Below, piece by piece: positions 13,097-25,960 of a stretch of DNA of 64,000 nt. Source of the stretch: Lama guanicoe (Eukaryota); contig MU053652.1 of assembly GCA_013239625.1 (NCBI GenBank), forward strand, positions 9,216,507-9,280,506, read 5' to 3'. Positions within the stretch are counted from its first letter, which is position 1, and each line of letters begins with the position of its first letter. The position numbers and the translations under genes are program-made. A model generated the notes under the pieces. It searched no databases. It saw only the letters and a list, made by a program, of their open reading frames with translations, and was not told the DNA's origin.

Positions 13097-16069
13097 CTTA
13101 AGAGATTCCATTTAAATCATGTTTGACATGCCATATGATGTTTTTAAAGGGCTTACAGTGAAGCAGTGAGCTCTCTTACAGATGGATGTTATGATGTTCC
13201 TAGTGATTTTTATTAGCAGAACGCTATGTATACAAACATTCAAGGGCAGTCTTTCCTTCTGAGATTGCAGCTAACCTGACAAATAGTTCAAAGAGCTAAG
13301 CTCTTATGAATGAAACTAGGACTAAGCGTGGTCAAAACCAATTTACTTCAGCCATTCATCCATTATTTAGATTTAAGAATCTTAAAACTAATTTATCCTC
13401 AAATTTTATACAGTTAACACATATACTTTTTCATTTTCTAGATGTAATAACAAGCATAGAAACTGAAAATACTACCAACCTTTAATTTCTTGTATTAAAA
13501 ATAAAAAGAGATAACGTACTTAAGAGTGAGTAATCCACATTTAAAAATCTCAGCTTTGGTGTGATTTGCTTGGGAGCGATACAGTCATTTGGATACAGGC
13601 TTCATTTGTTTTCTTTTATGACAAACTAGGAATTCAGACAAAGTAATCGATCCGTACTCAGTTTGAGCTAAGCAGTTATAAAATGTCCTCATCTGAAACT
13701 CTTTCTAGTCTCTTCTTAGGACCCTCGAATATTCTAGGAACAGATAATTTTCCAAACCAATGAGAGGTACCAATGTAAGCAGAGCAATCCATTCTTTAAA
13801 ATTTTGGCAAGCTTCCACCCGCACCTCAAATCTGGAACATTCCCTTTTGGAACGCACCACCCCTCCTCCTACAGCAAATGACCCTTTTCAATGAGTCTAT
13901 CCCTTTGATCACCAGCGTGTCTCTTTAAGGCGCAAAAGCCAACAGCTATTAAATTATGAACAGAATGATGCAACTTGCTTATAAAGCAAAACATTGCATT
14001 GTTTACGCATAGACTGGCCACTCTACCGGTGCCACATCTATATGCAGTTTGCCCGCTGAAAGGAAGAGCTCTGTGACTTCCCACCAAGATAACAAGATAC
14101 ACACAGTGGTATTTGCCAAAAGCTACTGCTAAAATTGCTGTCTTTCCTGACCTGAGGACACATGCCCTCAGGGTTCTCAGGGATCTCAGGCTGCTAGAAA
14201 CAGAATTACCAATCCACACCACGGCCCTTCCCTGGGGTGGTGAGACTGTAAAAACCACCCTACCCACTCAGCACCTAGTCTATAGGGTCTCTGTTTTCTG
14301 ATGCTAGGATGAGAGACAATAAAGGATGCATTAAAGTTTGTTTTTCATTTTACTCATACTTGGTAAATATCTGAGTTCTGTATTTAAAGGCTCACTGGCT
14401 AAAGGAAAATAACCTACTTTTAGTTCTACCTCTGAAACTAGGAAGTTTGTTGTTAACAAAACTAAACCAGGCTGATTTTTATTCTATGAATATCTTTATG
14501 TATCAAGTTTCCTACAACAACTACGTATTACTTTTTTTAAGAAAATTATACTCATTATGCTATATATTAATCCCATGAATTACTCATCTTACAATTGTTA
14601 AATTTATAATGTTCAACCATATTACTTTTTTGTCTAGAGCAAAAACTATCTAAAAAACAGCAGAGTGGTGAATTTTTAAAAGATGGCTTGTAATATTCTC
14701 AGTAATTACAAATAAAAATATAAATGTAACAGGCCAAAGCATGTAGAGCTTCAATACTCATGACAGATTCCTTAGAAAAAGTGTATCCTGGAAGTAGCAT
14801 TCCTCAATCACTACTAGTGATATCTAAATAAATCTTTTAAAAATTTTTATTTAATTTAAATAATTCATTATTTATTTATATATTTAAATATTATAAAATT
14901 ATTAATAATGCCCAGATGGTCACTGACATCAGCAGATATTTTTCAGGAGAACAAGGGGACTGTCCGTCATGATGCCATCTTCCATGTTAGGGATACACTC
15001 CAAGCATTCATAGTCTTTCATGTTTTTCTCATGCTTATCAGGGGATCAAAAATAAGCTTTTACAAAAACACTAGGATTTCTACTTTGGAGGAAATGAAAG
15101 ACAAAATGGGTTATAGCTGTCAAATATAAAGTTACAAAGTATATAAATTTTTTTGAAAAGACAACAATACTTTATTACATTAGTTAATAAACTTACAACC
15201 AAATTTGTAATACACATAAAGACATACATGAAAATCTCAAGTTTCATATTAATGCATATATATTACTTTCTGTCTAAAGCCAACTTTTTCTCTGTAAAAA
15301 TAAATGACACTTCTCTTTAAAGAATATTACAGGATGCCAAAAAAAAAAAAAACTTAGGAAAAGCATTTGGCCTTTATTGTAATCAAAGTAATTTTAGAGG
15401 AATTTCCTAAGTAATTTATTAAAAGTAACAGTATACCCGGGCCACATCATCAGAAATTGTATTTGAATACGCAAGACTCCCAAACGTTTCAGAAAATATG
15501 AAAAATTCAGAAATTGAAAAATATGCTAGCAATTATTTTGTATAAGATTTTTACCTTTTTCTTTACATTTGTTTTTGTATTTGTTCTTCTTTGACAATTG
15601 TTTTACTGTTAATATTACTTTAGCTCTATATTATTTTAATAAAGTCAGACCAAAGAATAATATTTTTCCTCTATGCTCAAATCCTTAAATACTTAAAAAT
15701 ATTTAAGAAAAATTTTTATTTATACTTTAAATACAATTTGAAGATACTTAAAAGGTTTCTTTACCTTTTGCTCAAACTAATTTAGTCTAAAATCTTTAGT
15801 ATATATGAGTTATGTATATAATAGAGAAAAATTGGTCCAGGATCTAGGATCAAATCCATATTCAAGTAGAGTATAATACACACTTTTACTGAAAACACAA
15901 GTGAAATTGCTTAGGGTAAATAAATGGATTGTTCATTTTTTAATACTAGTTACTCATGTCCACCATTTTTATTCACTTAACTATTACCTTAGGTAGTATT
16001 TATTTACCATATGTAAATACCAAAACCCTAATCTAAACCCTGCTGCTTGGAGTAATTTGAGAAATTAAG

Positions 16070-17300
16070 TAATTGGCAAAAAGCAAATTAAAAATGAGAT
16101 TTTAACTTTTTCTCAATCAAGTTGACCAGATTTTTTAAATTAATGTGAGTAAAAATTAGAGGAAATGGATAAATTAACATGATTTTCTAAAATATGACCG
16201 TATTTATTTGACCACATGTATCAATATTAAAAACATCAGGCACTTTGATCCAACAACTTTTTATTAAAATTCATTTTTTTCTGAAAATTATTTGCTCAAG
16301 TAAATTGAATTTGAGATATTCATTACATTGGGTACATAATAGCAAATATAAATAAGATTTTTTAAATAGAAATAATTTAAATAATTAAAAATGGTGTAAA
16401 GTTATGGAGAATCTTTGTTTTTCATATTTCTCAAGATTAAAAAATTTAAAATAGCAAGACAGAACTCCTTAGATATATAGGTCATAATTATAAATGGGTA
16501 AATTAAGGGCAAGTCTTTCTGTATAGTATCATACAGAACTATCACGTACCCATCTGCACAGTAATCCACAGGATAGATATGTCTTAATTTGTTCAGTTTT
16601 TCCCCTGTTTTGATGGATAGCTTGATTATTTTCCATGTTCTAATTTAAAAAGGTGATACCAATAGCTAATAAAAATTAAAATCCTCACCAGCAATAATCA
16701 AATAGAACAAATCAAAACAAAATGTCATTTAAAAAAATATATCAAATTAGTGAAGATTTTCAAAGTGATAATCATTAAGTCCTAGTTTGCTCAGGGGGGC
16801 AGTCACTTACTTATGCTATATGTATGTATATATATGCTATCTGGAAAGTAATTCAAGCATGTGTATCAAGAATTTTTAAAGCATTTATTTTTTTCTACTC
16901 AGTTATTTCATATCAAAGATTATCTAATAAAAAGTGATAAAAATATAAAGGCATACTGTCTATTCATCTATTTATCACTGTTTAGAGTAGCTTGAATATC
17001 CAAATATAACAGATAATTAAAAATAAAACATTTATTCAGTGGACTATTTGGCAGACACTAAGTACCAGGATCAACAGGAATCATCACTGAAATAAGAAAA
17101 TGCTCAAAAATAATTTACAGGATAAATTGGGTGCAAAACTACATAAAGATATATAAACATAATATAATAAAAACTGGCCTGAAAAGAAGATACCACATTT
17201 TCTAGGGGATATCCCTGGAGGGAGTAAAGAGTGATTTTTTACATTCTTCTTTGTGCTTGAATGTATTTTAAAATTTTTCTACGTTTAAAGTAAGAATAAA
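16070..17300 (+). mobile_element. Highly diverged L1M (L1MC/ME) 3' fragments
   Basis: caaatcaaaacaaaatgtcattt...atcaaattagtgaagatttt...tctggaaagtaattcaagcatgtgtatcaagaa, appearing as two partial copies. Confidence 0.5.
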
Positions 17301-17782
17301 AAAATAAAGAAAATGAATGCCTCTCTACAAAATCCATCATGCTGCTGCCCTTTATCTATAAAATAAAGTCCAAACCGGCCAGACTCAAACTAAAGCCCTC
17401 CTAACTCACTTCCATCTTATCAACCCAACCTTATTTCTAACGAGTGCCCACCCAGCTCAACCACTCAGCTCTGACTCAGACAGCCATCAGGTATGTCACA
17501 TTCCATCTAGATTCTGCCCAGCCTCGTCCAGTCAGGCCTAGAGCTTCTCTCCTTTCCTAAGGTTTCTGATCATGATTTCTGGGTGTAACTATTTTAAGCC
17601 AACTTCAGCTACTCCTGATGCTCTAAGCCAAGTCTGGTAATCGTACAAAATCAGGTTAGACCCTGATTCCAATGAACTCAGCACAGTAATTCAGAAGGAA
17701 ACCCCTTTTGAGAGCAAGAGTCCCGTCAATATTTGTTAAATGAATTAAAAAAAAATCACAACTGTCATCATAAGAACAAGAG

Positions 17783-17975
17783 CAGTTAATGTTTATTGAG
17801 AATTTTCTGTTTATAAGGAGGCACCACGTCAACTCCATTTATCTCATTTAATGGTCAGAAAAACCCTACATTTCCCAGATGAAAAAACTGAGCCTCAATT
17901 AGGTTATGCATTTCTCCCAAGGAGATGTAGCTAGTGTGGACCTGAGAGTCACATCTAGCTCTGTCTGACGTCAAT
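17783..17975 (-). mobile_element. MIR SINE about 200 nt downstream of exon 2
   Basis: gtttattgag...ttatctcatttaat...cagatgaaaaaactgagcctca...ctctgtctgac. Confidence 0.8.
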
Positions 17976-18176
17976 ATACTCTACACTACCAATGTGTTAA
18001 TGGAAAGTCACTAGAAATCATTTTGCACGTGGTATATTTTTGTGATTAATCTAACTGCCTACCCAGGTAGCTAAGTTAAAATGATGTGCTGAGCTACAAA
18101 GTTTTCTTCTGCATATAAAAATACAAAAAAACAATAAAATTTGCTACTGAGTCTCATTACATAATAATATATTTAC

Positions 18177-18242
18177 CTGTATAGGACCAGCCAATCTCTT
18201 CAACAAGTTTTCTCTGTTGTCTGTAGTATCCATGAGTCCAAT
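18177..18242 (-). CDS. PTPRZ1: PTPRZ1 exon 2 (66 nt, phase 1-1): end of the signal peptide and start of the carbonic-anhydrase-like domain
   Basis: The minus strand reads ...gattaactggttttttcttggttatag|AT TGG ACT CAT GGA TAC TAC AGA CAA CAG AGA AAA CTT GTT GAA GAG ATT GGC TGG TCC TAT ACA G|gtaaat. This translates as (D)[21 protein letters not shown](G), matching the recalled human PTPRZ1 [23 protein letters not shown]. Splice sites are canonical: AG at 18244-18243 and GT at 18176-18175. Confidence 0.97.
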
Positions 18243-18270
18243 CTATAACCAAGAAAAAACCAGTTAATCA
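18243..18270 (-). promoter_or_regulatory. PTPRZ1: Splice acceptor, polypyrimidine tract and probable branch point of PTPRZ1 exon 2
   Basis: Minus strand tgattaActggttttttcttggttatag. The TTAAC branch motif has its A at 18264, 22 nt before the exon. Confidence 0.75.
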
Positions 18271-19694
18271 ATGTGTAGAAATATATACGTGTGCAAATTT
18301 AAAAAATACATAATATGCTCAAAGCATCCTTCATACCATAAGTGGGCCTCAATTACTCTTTTCTACGTCACCTTCCCAATGGCTCCTCCCTACTCCAACC
18401 ACCACCATTTTATACTTCACTGTCCCTGTTCTGGTACTTAGTGTAAATTTTAGGGGGGCACATTTTAAGATTACTAAAGTTCAGGCAGAGGCAAAGAAAA
18501 TATTCTGTGTAAAACAGGAGCAACCTAGAGGGTTTCAGCCCAAAGAGAGGCTAAGGTCAGAAGGGACAAGCCTGCTCTATCTCCAAATTTTTCTTACCTT
18601 TCCCTAAGTTGAATGCTTGAAATCCTATTGATTAAAAAACACTTCTAAATTTACAGCCCACGTTTTATTTGTAACTGCTTCTAGGAGATGCAGAAGTTAT
18701 GTTTTCAAAATTTATTTCCCTTACAATACAAAGCAAAATCAGCTGCCTTGAAGAAATGGAAATTTCAATATGTTTATGTTGGCTGAGAGGAAGGTTGCGT
18801 TAGACAGTGTAGGTGAATTTGTCTTTTGGAGGAACAGAGGCGCCTGAGGAAGGTAACACAGTGGGAAGCTTGGGGCATCGCAAAAGTAGTAGATATCTCA
18901 TGACCTAGAGAGAGAGGCTCGAGATCATGAACGTGGGGGAAAGGGTATAAAAAGAATAAATGGATGGAAGGCAAAGTCTCACTCTGCACAATTCAGAACT
19001 GTGCCTGGAGTCACGCCTGCACCGTACATGTGGGGACGTCCTTATGACTCATCCTCCTCCTTCCTGTGCCATAGTCTCTTTCTCCCAGACTGTGGGAGAC
19101 CTCAGCTGCACTGTGGGTTCAAAGAAATCTCTGTGAGCTGGGCTTCGAACCTGATCAGTATTGACCAAACTGTTTCTGTAGAAAAAGCTACAAATAGCTA
19201 GTTTATAAATGAATTTGTGGAACATTACTTATTCATAAATTGGGGTTCCATCAATACAGCTTTCATCTGAAGGCAAGGGTTTACTCACAGTATACTATAC
19301 CATATCATACCATTCCACATATATATTATATATCATATATAGATAGATCTTTCTCATCTATTGGGAAGAGAGATTATTTCTTCTTTTTCTTTCTACACAG
19401 TTTTTTTTTTCCTTTACTGACAGCTCCCAATTTCAGGGAGACAGTTCTCTCAAGGACATTTCAGAAATTATTTTTCCCTCTTGCATGCTATATATAATCT
19501 GATTAGTATATGCTAAAATATTTTATAAAAACTAAAAAGCAGGCCAGCCACCAGAAATACCCATTCTGAATCCATAGATTATTCAAAACCAAAACCTACC
19601 TTGGAGAAAACAAACAAAAAAAATTGTTTTAAAAATATCACTACCCATAAATAGAGGTAAATATTCTATTGGCCACGCAGCACATTTCAACAAA

Positions 19695-20785
19695 TAACTG
19701 TTTTATATAACTGCTTTACTGAAATATGATTTACATATCTTACAATTCACCCGTCAAAGTGTACAACTTAACAGCATTTAGTATATTCAGAGTTGTGCAA
19801 TCATCACTGCAAACAATTTGAGAACATCTTCATTATCTCAAAAAGAAACCCCATACCCTTTAAGCTGCCACCCCTACCCTCCTCCATCCCCTCTAGACCT
19901 AGATAACCACTAATCTACTTTATCTCTATAGATTTGGATATTCCAGATATTTCTATAAGCAGAATCATGCAAGATACAGCCTTTTGTGAATGGCTTCTTT
20001 AACTTAACATAATTGACATTTCCAAGGTTTCTCCACATTGTAGGACGTATCAGTACTTCGTTCCTTTCATTGCCTGACAGTACTTCCTTGCATGCTGATC
20101 AAGATGGCCTTACGGTTCCCCTCCGTTTGACTGAACTTTGGACAGGCTTCTTCCTGGCTCTAGGCTCCTGACTTCCCTTTTCTCCCAGCATTTAGTTGAA
20201 AAGTATAAATTCTCTCTCTGTTCCTTTGAGATATAAATCTTTATGAATAGCCACATGCCAGTTTTACAACTAGGAATGCACTTCTCAAGAATATGGGAAC
20301 CATCTCTCTGAAATGTAAGCATCAGAGTAAATAGCACCCTTATCTCCCAGTTTCTGTGGGAGAGAAGGAGCCCAACTTCCAGTGAGATGTCTTCCTCCAA
20401 GTTGCAAAAACTACCCTCTGCCATAATGATATGTGTTTAATTTTTCCTTTGGGTAAAGCCAGTTAGCAAACACAGATGACCCAGGCCTTCCCTCTAATAT
20501 CCTACATTACTTTTACACAGGGGCTCACCCTAGTTCTTAAAAAATCCTTAACACCTCTGTTTCATCAGAGTTGAATTCAGACTTGATTCTGCCCTCTCTC
20601 CCCTGCTGTAAAACCCTTGGATTAAGTTTTCCTTGCCTGTTCAATTTTGTATGCTGTAATTTTTGTTTTGACGACGGATATGCCACATTTTGTTTACCTA
20701 TTTATCAACGGATGGCTACAACTTCGGTTGTACCCTCTTTGGGGCTATTATGAATAACACTGCTATGTACTCATGCATAAACTTG
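19695..20785 (-). mobile_element. L1MB-type 3' end, split by an LTR (arms about 19695-20095 and 20674-20785)
   Basis: ctttactgaaatatgatttacata...aagtgtacaa...aaccactaatctacttt...atcagtacttcgttcctttcattg, resuming with ggatatgccacattttgtttacctattt. Confidence 0.85.
20096..20673 (+). mobile_element. ERV1-class solo LTR (MER31/MER67-like)
   Basis: Begins TGatcaagatggcct...ttgactgaactttggacagg and ends ...ttccttgcctgttcaa...ttttgacg. It cleanly interrupts the L1MB copy, with degenerate 4-bp flanks atgc and acgg. Confidence 0.75.
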
Positions 20786-23700
20786 CTTTCCTACTTAGAC
20801 ATGAAATACTAGGTTCATAATTTATTTTTTAAATAGAGCTGTCCCATAAAATGGTAGTAATTGAATGGTAGTTCAATTCTGGAGACAAGTGTTTTTTTTT
20901 CATGATCAAGGAATATATACAATTAGGTGTTAAGGCCTCAAAGGTCATTTGATTCAGACTTTAACATTCTAAAAAAAAAAATTCCTATTTTAGAGATAAA
21001 CACTTTTTTTCTCCCCAAAGAAATGTAAGTGGTGTGTACAGGTAGAAAGTGACAAAAATGGAAAAAATAATGCATGGCTCCTGCCCCCTACTCCACTAAA
21101 TGTTCCTAGCAACCCCGGGTTATTGGTTACTCTCTTATGTGTTTTGCCGAAGTCGGAACATCTTCAAGAGAAACAAAATAAAACAATACACTGAGACTGA
21201 ACTTCACCAGCAGAAACTGGACAAATAAATTATGCTGATAATCAAAATCAAGTCAAATACATTGATTGTATACCTGATCTGACCAGGCCACCAGCTGGAA
21301 TTCTCCTCTGAAAATCTGCACTGACCACAGGGAAAAGCTCTATCGTCAACCTTTATGTTCTAAATATAAACTTTTTTTTAAATGTAAAGACATTTTTGTC
21401 ACAGAAATGCATTTTGATGATTTCAGAAGATCCCATACCATACAAAACCTACATTTAACAAGTATTCCATTGAAATAAACAAAACAGTAAGCTCTTGCTT
21501 TAATGATTCAAGCTAAAGGCCGACAGCAAAGTATCAGCGGATTTTAGCTTTCCTTGTAGGGCTTTATCGCTACACAATGAGCATTTGTCCTTGGTTTTTA
21601 ATTACTTACGTTAAGAGAGCTTTTTTCAATGCAAGATTCCCAGGTGTTGGTAGCTCTCCTCAGTTCCTTTATGTATTGTTTCCTTAATTGTTACTTCAAA
21701 CAATCTGTTACACATTCATATGCTAATTACATAGTCCTTGGGCGTGAGAGAGTACCCCACTTTTAAAATTCTCCTTAGAGGTCTGATAGATGAGATGTGA
21801 TGGCTCCAATGAACAAGAAAAAAAAGAATCTAGGTTCACTTTGAAAACCAGTAAATCCTATATAAAATAGAATCTATCAACGTGCTTACAGATTTTAAAA
21901 TCAATTAAAATGATGAAATATAGAATTGTTTTTGTTTCTGTGGATCTCTGTTTCTTTAGTTTTTATATTTTGTTTCTTTCTGCTTAAAAATATTTGCCAG
22001 GTCTGATTTGGTGTGTTTTGTAATGAGAAAACTAAGAAGTAAATTTCAGGAATGAATTGTACACAAGATACACAATAACACAATACTTACATTATTAAAC
22101 CTTTTTAAAAGGTAACTCTAAAAGGTAACTCCAAAATTTGTCCTGAAAAATTATTTTTCATGAAGTGGCTTTTTGACTTCCTACCAAAATTGAGAGAAAT
22201 GTGGTTTATATTAGTTTAGGTAAACTTAAATATCTCTCTTTTCAATTTATTCTGCCTTGGACTTACCTTGCACCTAAATATTTACAAGCATGTATATGCC
22301 ACATATGCCTTTATTTTTTTTATGCAAATAATGGAAATCAAAACTCTGATAACCACCACATGGAAGATGTAGACAAACTTAGCATTGTTTTGCTCATGTT
22401 TTTTAAACCAAAAAAAAAATCAGGGTGCTCATTTTCTACTAAAAATATCATTATAAATATTTTAAATTATATAAATGTCTCTGATTTTGTCCTTAACGCT
22501 AAAGAAAGTCTCTGCTTCGTACTGATCAACAATTCATCACCTGCATTCTACTATAGAATCCAGCAACAGTGCTCTGACAAAATCCACACGCACTTTAATG
22601 CTATTAAGGAGCCAAACATGTGACAGAAGAGAAACAGAGTGGTCCTCAGAGAGAGAACCTTCAGGTAAAAAAGTAGCCACAGGTATAAATCTCAAGACTG
22701 GGATCCTAAATCTAGATTTTTCAAAGTAGATTTTCCAAAGTAAATGATACTTGCATACTTCACATTCTTTAAAACTATCACTAAGGAACTTTGGGGAAGA
22801 AAAGGAAGTCACCTGATGGTAGAAATCTGGAAAGGCAGAGAAGAAGGAACAGGATTAAAGATGACTCTTTAAAGCCCTTGAGTATAGACTTTGATGAGGA
22901 AAGACTTAGCAGGATGGACTGAAATGTTGCAGGTAGATGAAGACCATGAGTACCAAGAAGTGGCAAATCATGGAACCAAAAATTTGGGAAGCCAGCTGGG
23001 CTCTTCTGTAAGGTCTGCGTAGGTCACTAGGGACTCATTCTTGGTGATGACTCACCGTGATACAAGGGTCATGTAATTTTCACTTTTTGTTTTCATCTTC
23101 TCTCCTTTTATCTAGATTTCTTTTAAAAGCAGGAAAGACATCATCTACTGAGCTTACTGATAAGTAATGACTATATTTTGTTTATTGAGCATATTTTAAA
23201 GAAAAATATCAAATAAATAAACAAATAAATATCTTTAATTGAAATGAAAGACGTGGGTGGGAGGAAAGTGGGAAAGAAAGGTTAAGTGTCTGGTGATCAC
23301 TTGGAGAAGAATCTGGGAAACCCCGGAGACAGACGTATTATCAGAGCAATTATCGTCCCTTCAGTCATCTGACAGTCAGACATGCATAAGGCTGAAGTGG
23401 CAGTGATGAGAAAGGCTGATGGTTACAACAGTCATAGCCACCAATTACTGAAAACAAAATAATAGCAGTCCTCTCTCAGAGAAGAAAGAATAAATAAAAT
23501 CAGAAATGAGTTCCTTTAAGGAGAGAATCAGCTTTCGATTACAGAACACCTGTGAACCCATCGCCTGGCTAGAAAAGCCCTTCAGATACTCTACTGTAAA
23601 CATCTGTCTTTGTCCGATAAGAAAGCTGAGTTTATGACCCAAGTGATCTAAACCAGAACCCTGGTTAGCTAGCCAAGGCATACTTTCCAAGTAAAATTCA

Positions 23701-25519
23701 ACCTGCCCATGAGTATAACATAGAGTCTGTAATATCATACATGGCAGATTTTATCTGTGGATTTTCCTGTCGTTCAATGTTAAGCATCAGCTGGCTGTCA
23801 AACTGTGTTTGCACATAGCCTGTCTTTAGCTAGCTGGATTACAAGCTCGTATCCAGCATATATGCAAAGACGTTTGTGAAACATAGTTTAGCTAATTATG
23901 GTAGTTCAGATAATAGGCTTGTTTAGGATATGTTTATAGTTCAAACATTGTACTTACTGTTAATCACTTCAGATGTAACTTTAAAAAACACACTTTAAAA
24001 AATATAATTTCCTTCCAAAATTTGTCTTTCCATTTCAGCTGCTTTCCAGGGTTAGAAAGAAGAATACCACTAGTTTTCTCTCCTCTGCAAAGGTTTAAAG
24101 ATAAAAGCACTTTTTACAGTCTCAAACCTTAAATTGCAGCTTATCGCCAAACAGGAGGGCACATGAATCCATACTGTTAAAGACAGAAATTTGGGAAAGA
24201 TATCAGTTACTATAGTTCAGGTGACCTTTTTATTTAAGAATAAGGTTAAAGAGATGAAAAAGTAGATCCCTGAAGTACTATACTAAAAAAAAAAAAATCA
24301 AGTGGTAAAATTGTCAAAGGAGATGGAAAGACTGACCGTAGTAGATAATGTAAAAGAACTAACAGTGGGAGTTATTTCTTCCATGTGCTTGGTGTGGTTG
24401 TCAGGCAGCCAGTTAGATGCACATTTTCCACAGGACTAAGGATGGGTTTGGAGGTGAGCAATCAGATCTTACTGTTCCTGAGACTCTGAGGACTGTGTAT
24501 GCTTTCCCAGAGAGGACTGGTATGTTGGCAAGATGTCCACCAAACCAACTCAAACCTTTTCAGTGAAAGCTCTAAATATTCACAGGCTTGTTTTAGAAAG
24601 CCAACAGGGTATTTTCTTACTTAGATAAATATGTTTACCCTAATGTGATTTATCCACATTCATAAAATTGAGACGATTTCTGTTAAAAACATGTTAATAA
24701 TTTTTATCTTTATCACATAATACCTGTTTCAGATAAATTAGAAAGATAAAGATAAGCAAAAATAATTTTAAAAATCACCTATAAGTTCATCTCTTAACAG
24801 AAACCAGTTCTTGCAATTTTCTGCCTATAGATGTTTTTCCAGATGTTGCACTATTCATATATGGTAATTCCATACTTTACATTAATTGAATTACCCTGTT
24901 TCATTATAAATCGCTTCTCAAGTTAATAAATATGATTTTACAGCACTATAACAATTCACTTAAAGCATTCTCTACTTTTTGGATATAAAAATAAAAAGTC
25001 GACTTAACTTTGGAAAATTTATTCCTTGGGCTTAAATGATATGAGTGATAAAATTGTCCATTAAGCTAGTTTAAACTTATATATAAAAGAAAGTCTGTAG
25101 GAAATTAAATGCCACTTTTTTCTCCCTGTCAATCCTCTTCTGCAACACCAAGAAAACACTAAAATGGAACAAACTCATTGTTATTGCACAGTGCTACAAA
25201 CAATCATTGCAGCTACCTTGTTTTGCCTCCATAACTAACAGTGAATTTATTCCCCCAGAAGAGAGAAACTCAATGGCTGATGAAACAGTGGTAATGGGAG
25301 GAGAGATAGAAATAACATGTGTAAAACTACTAGAAGAAGGAACTAAAAATTAAAAAAAGTGGGAAAAGAACAAAATCTGTATAAGAAAAGCTGATGAAAG
25401 TGGGTAGAAAACATGGAATCCATCAAATTACAAAAAATAATGTGTCATTGTATTTGTTATATATTATATTAAGATACCACTATATACTATTATACTACTA
25501 TCTGTAAAATAATACTGTG

Positions 25520-25960
25520 TTATTATTCAACAATCTAAATAATCTTAAATGCTTCGTATCCTTTGAGACAATAATTTCATTTCAAGGAATATATTTTAAA
25601 AGATTAACAGAGATGAGAACAAAGTGCCACGTGCCAAGATGTCATGGCACTGACAGTGACAGTGAACAATTGGAAAATACGTGAATGTACAAAGAGTAGG
25701 GGGAAGTTTAAATAAAATGTATAATGTACATACTAAGAAACAATGTAGGTTATGTTTCAAAATTATGTTTCAAAAATACTGGTGCAGAGAAGTGTACATG
25801 CTATAGAATACTGTTATGATACGAAATTTGAAAATACTACACATATTCAGAAATGTAAATTTCCTCATGTAGAGCCATTGGGAGTGATTTTTTTAACTTT
25901 TTTAAAATGTTCTTACACTTTCCATTATTTTATGAGTTTGCATGAGTTAATATTTTAAAA
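25520..25960 (+). mobile_element. Diverged L1ME 3' fragment
   Basis: cttaaatgcttcgtatcctttgagacaataatttcatttcaaggaatatattttaa...aacaattggaaaatacgtgaatgt. Confidence 0.55.

Larger units (their letters stand above)
1..18176 (-). other. PTPRZ1: PTPRZ1 intron 2 (5' part; exon 3 lies beyond the left end)
   Basis: Lies downstream of the exon 2 donor. The exon-3 peptide ([28 protein letters not shown]...) was not seen in the ORF track or by eye. Confidence 0.85.

Noticed and set aside
22259..22270. Consensus minus-strand donor AAG|GTAAGT in intron 1 (possible cryptic exon)
   Set aside because: No convincing paired acceptor or recognisable coding frame. Isolated donor matches are common in large introns.
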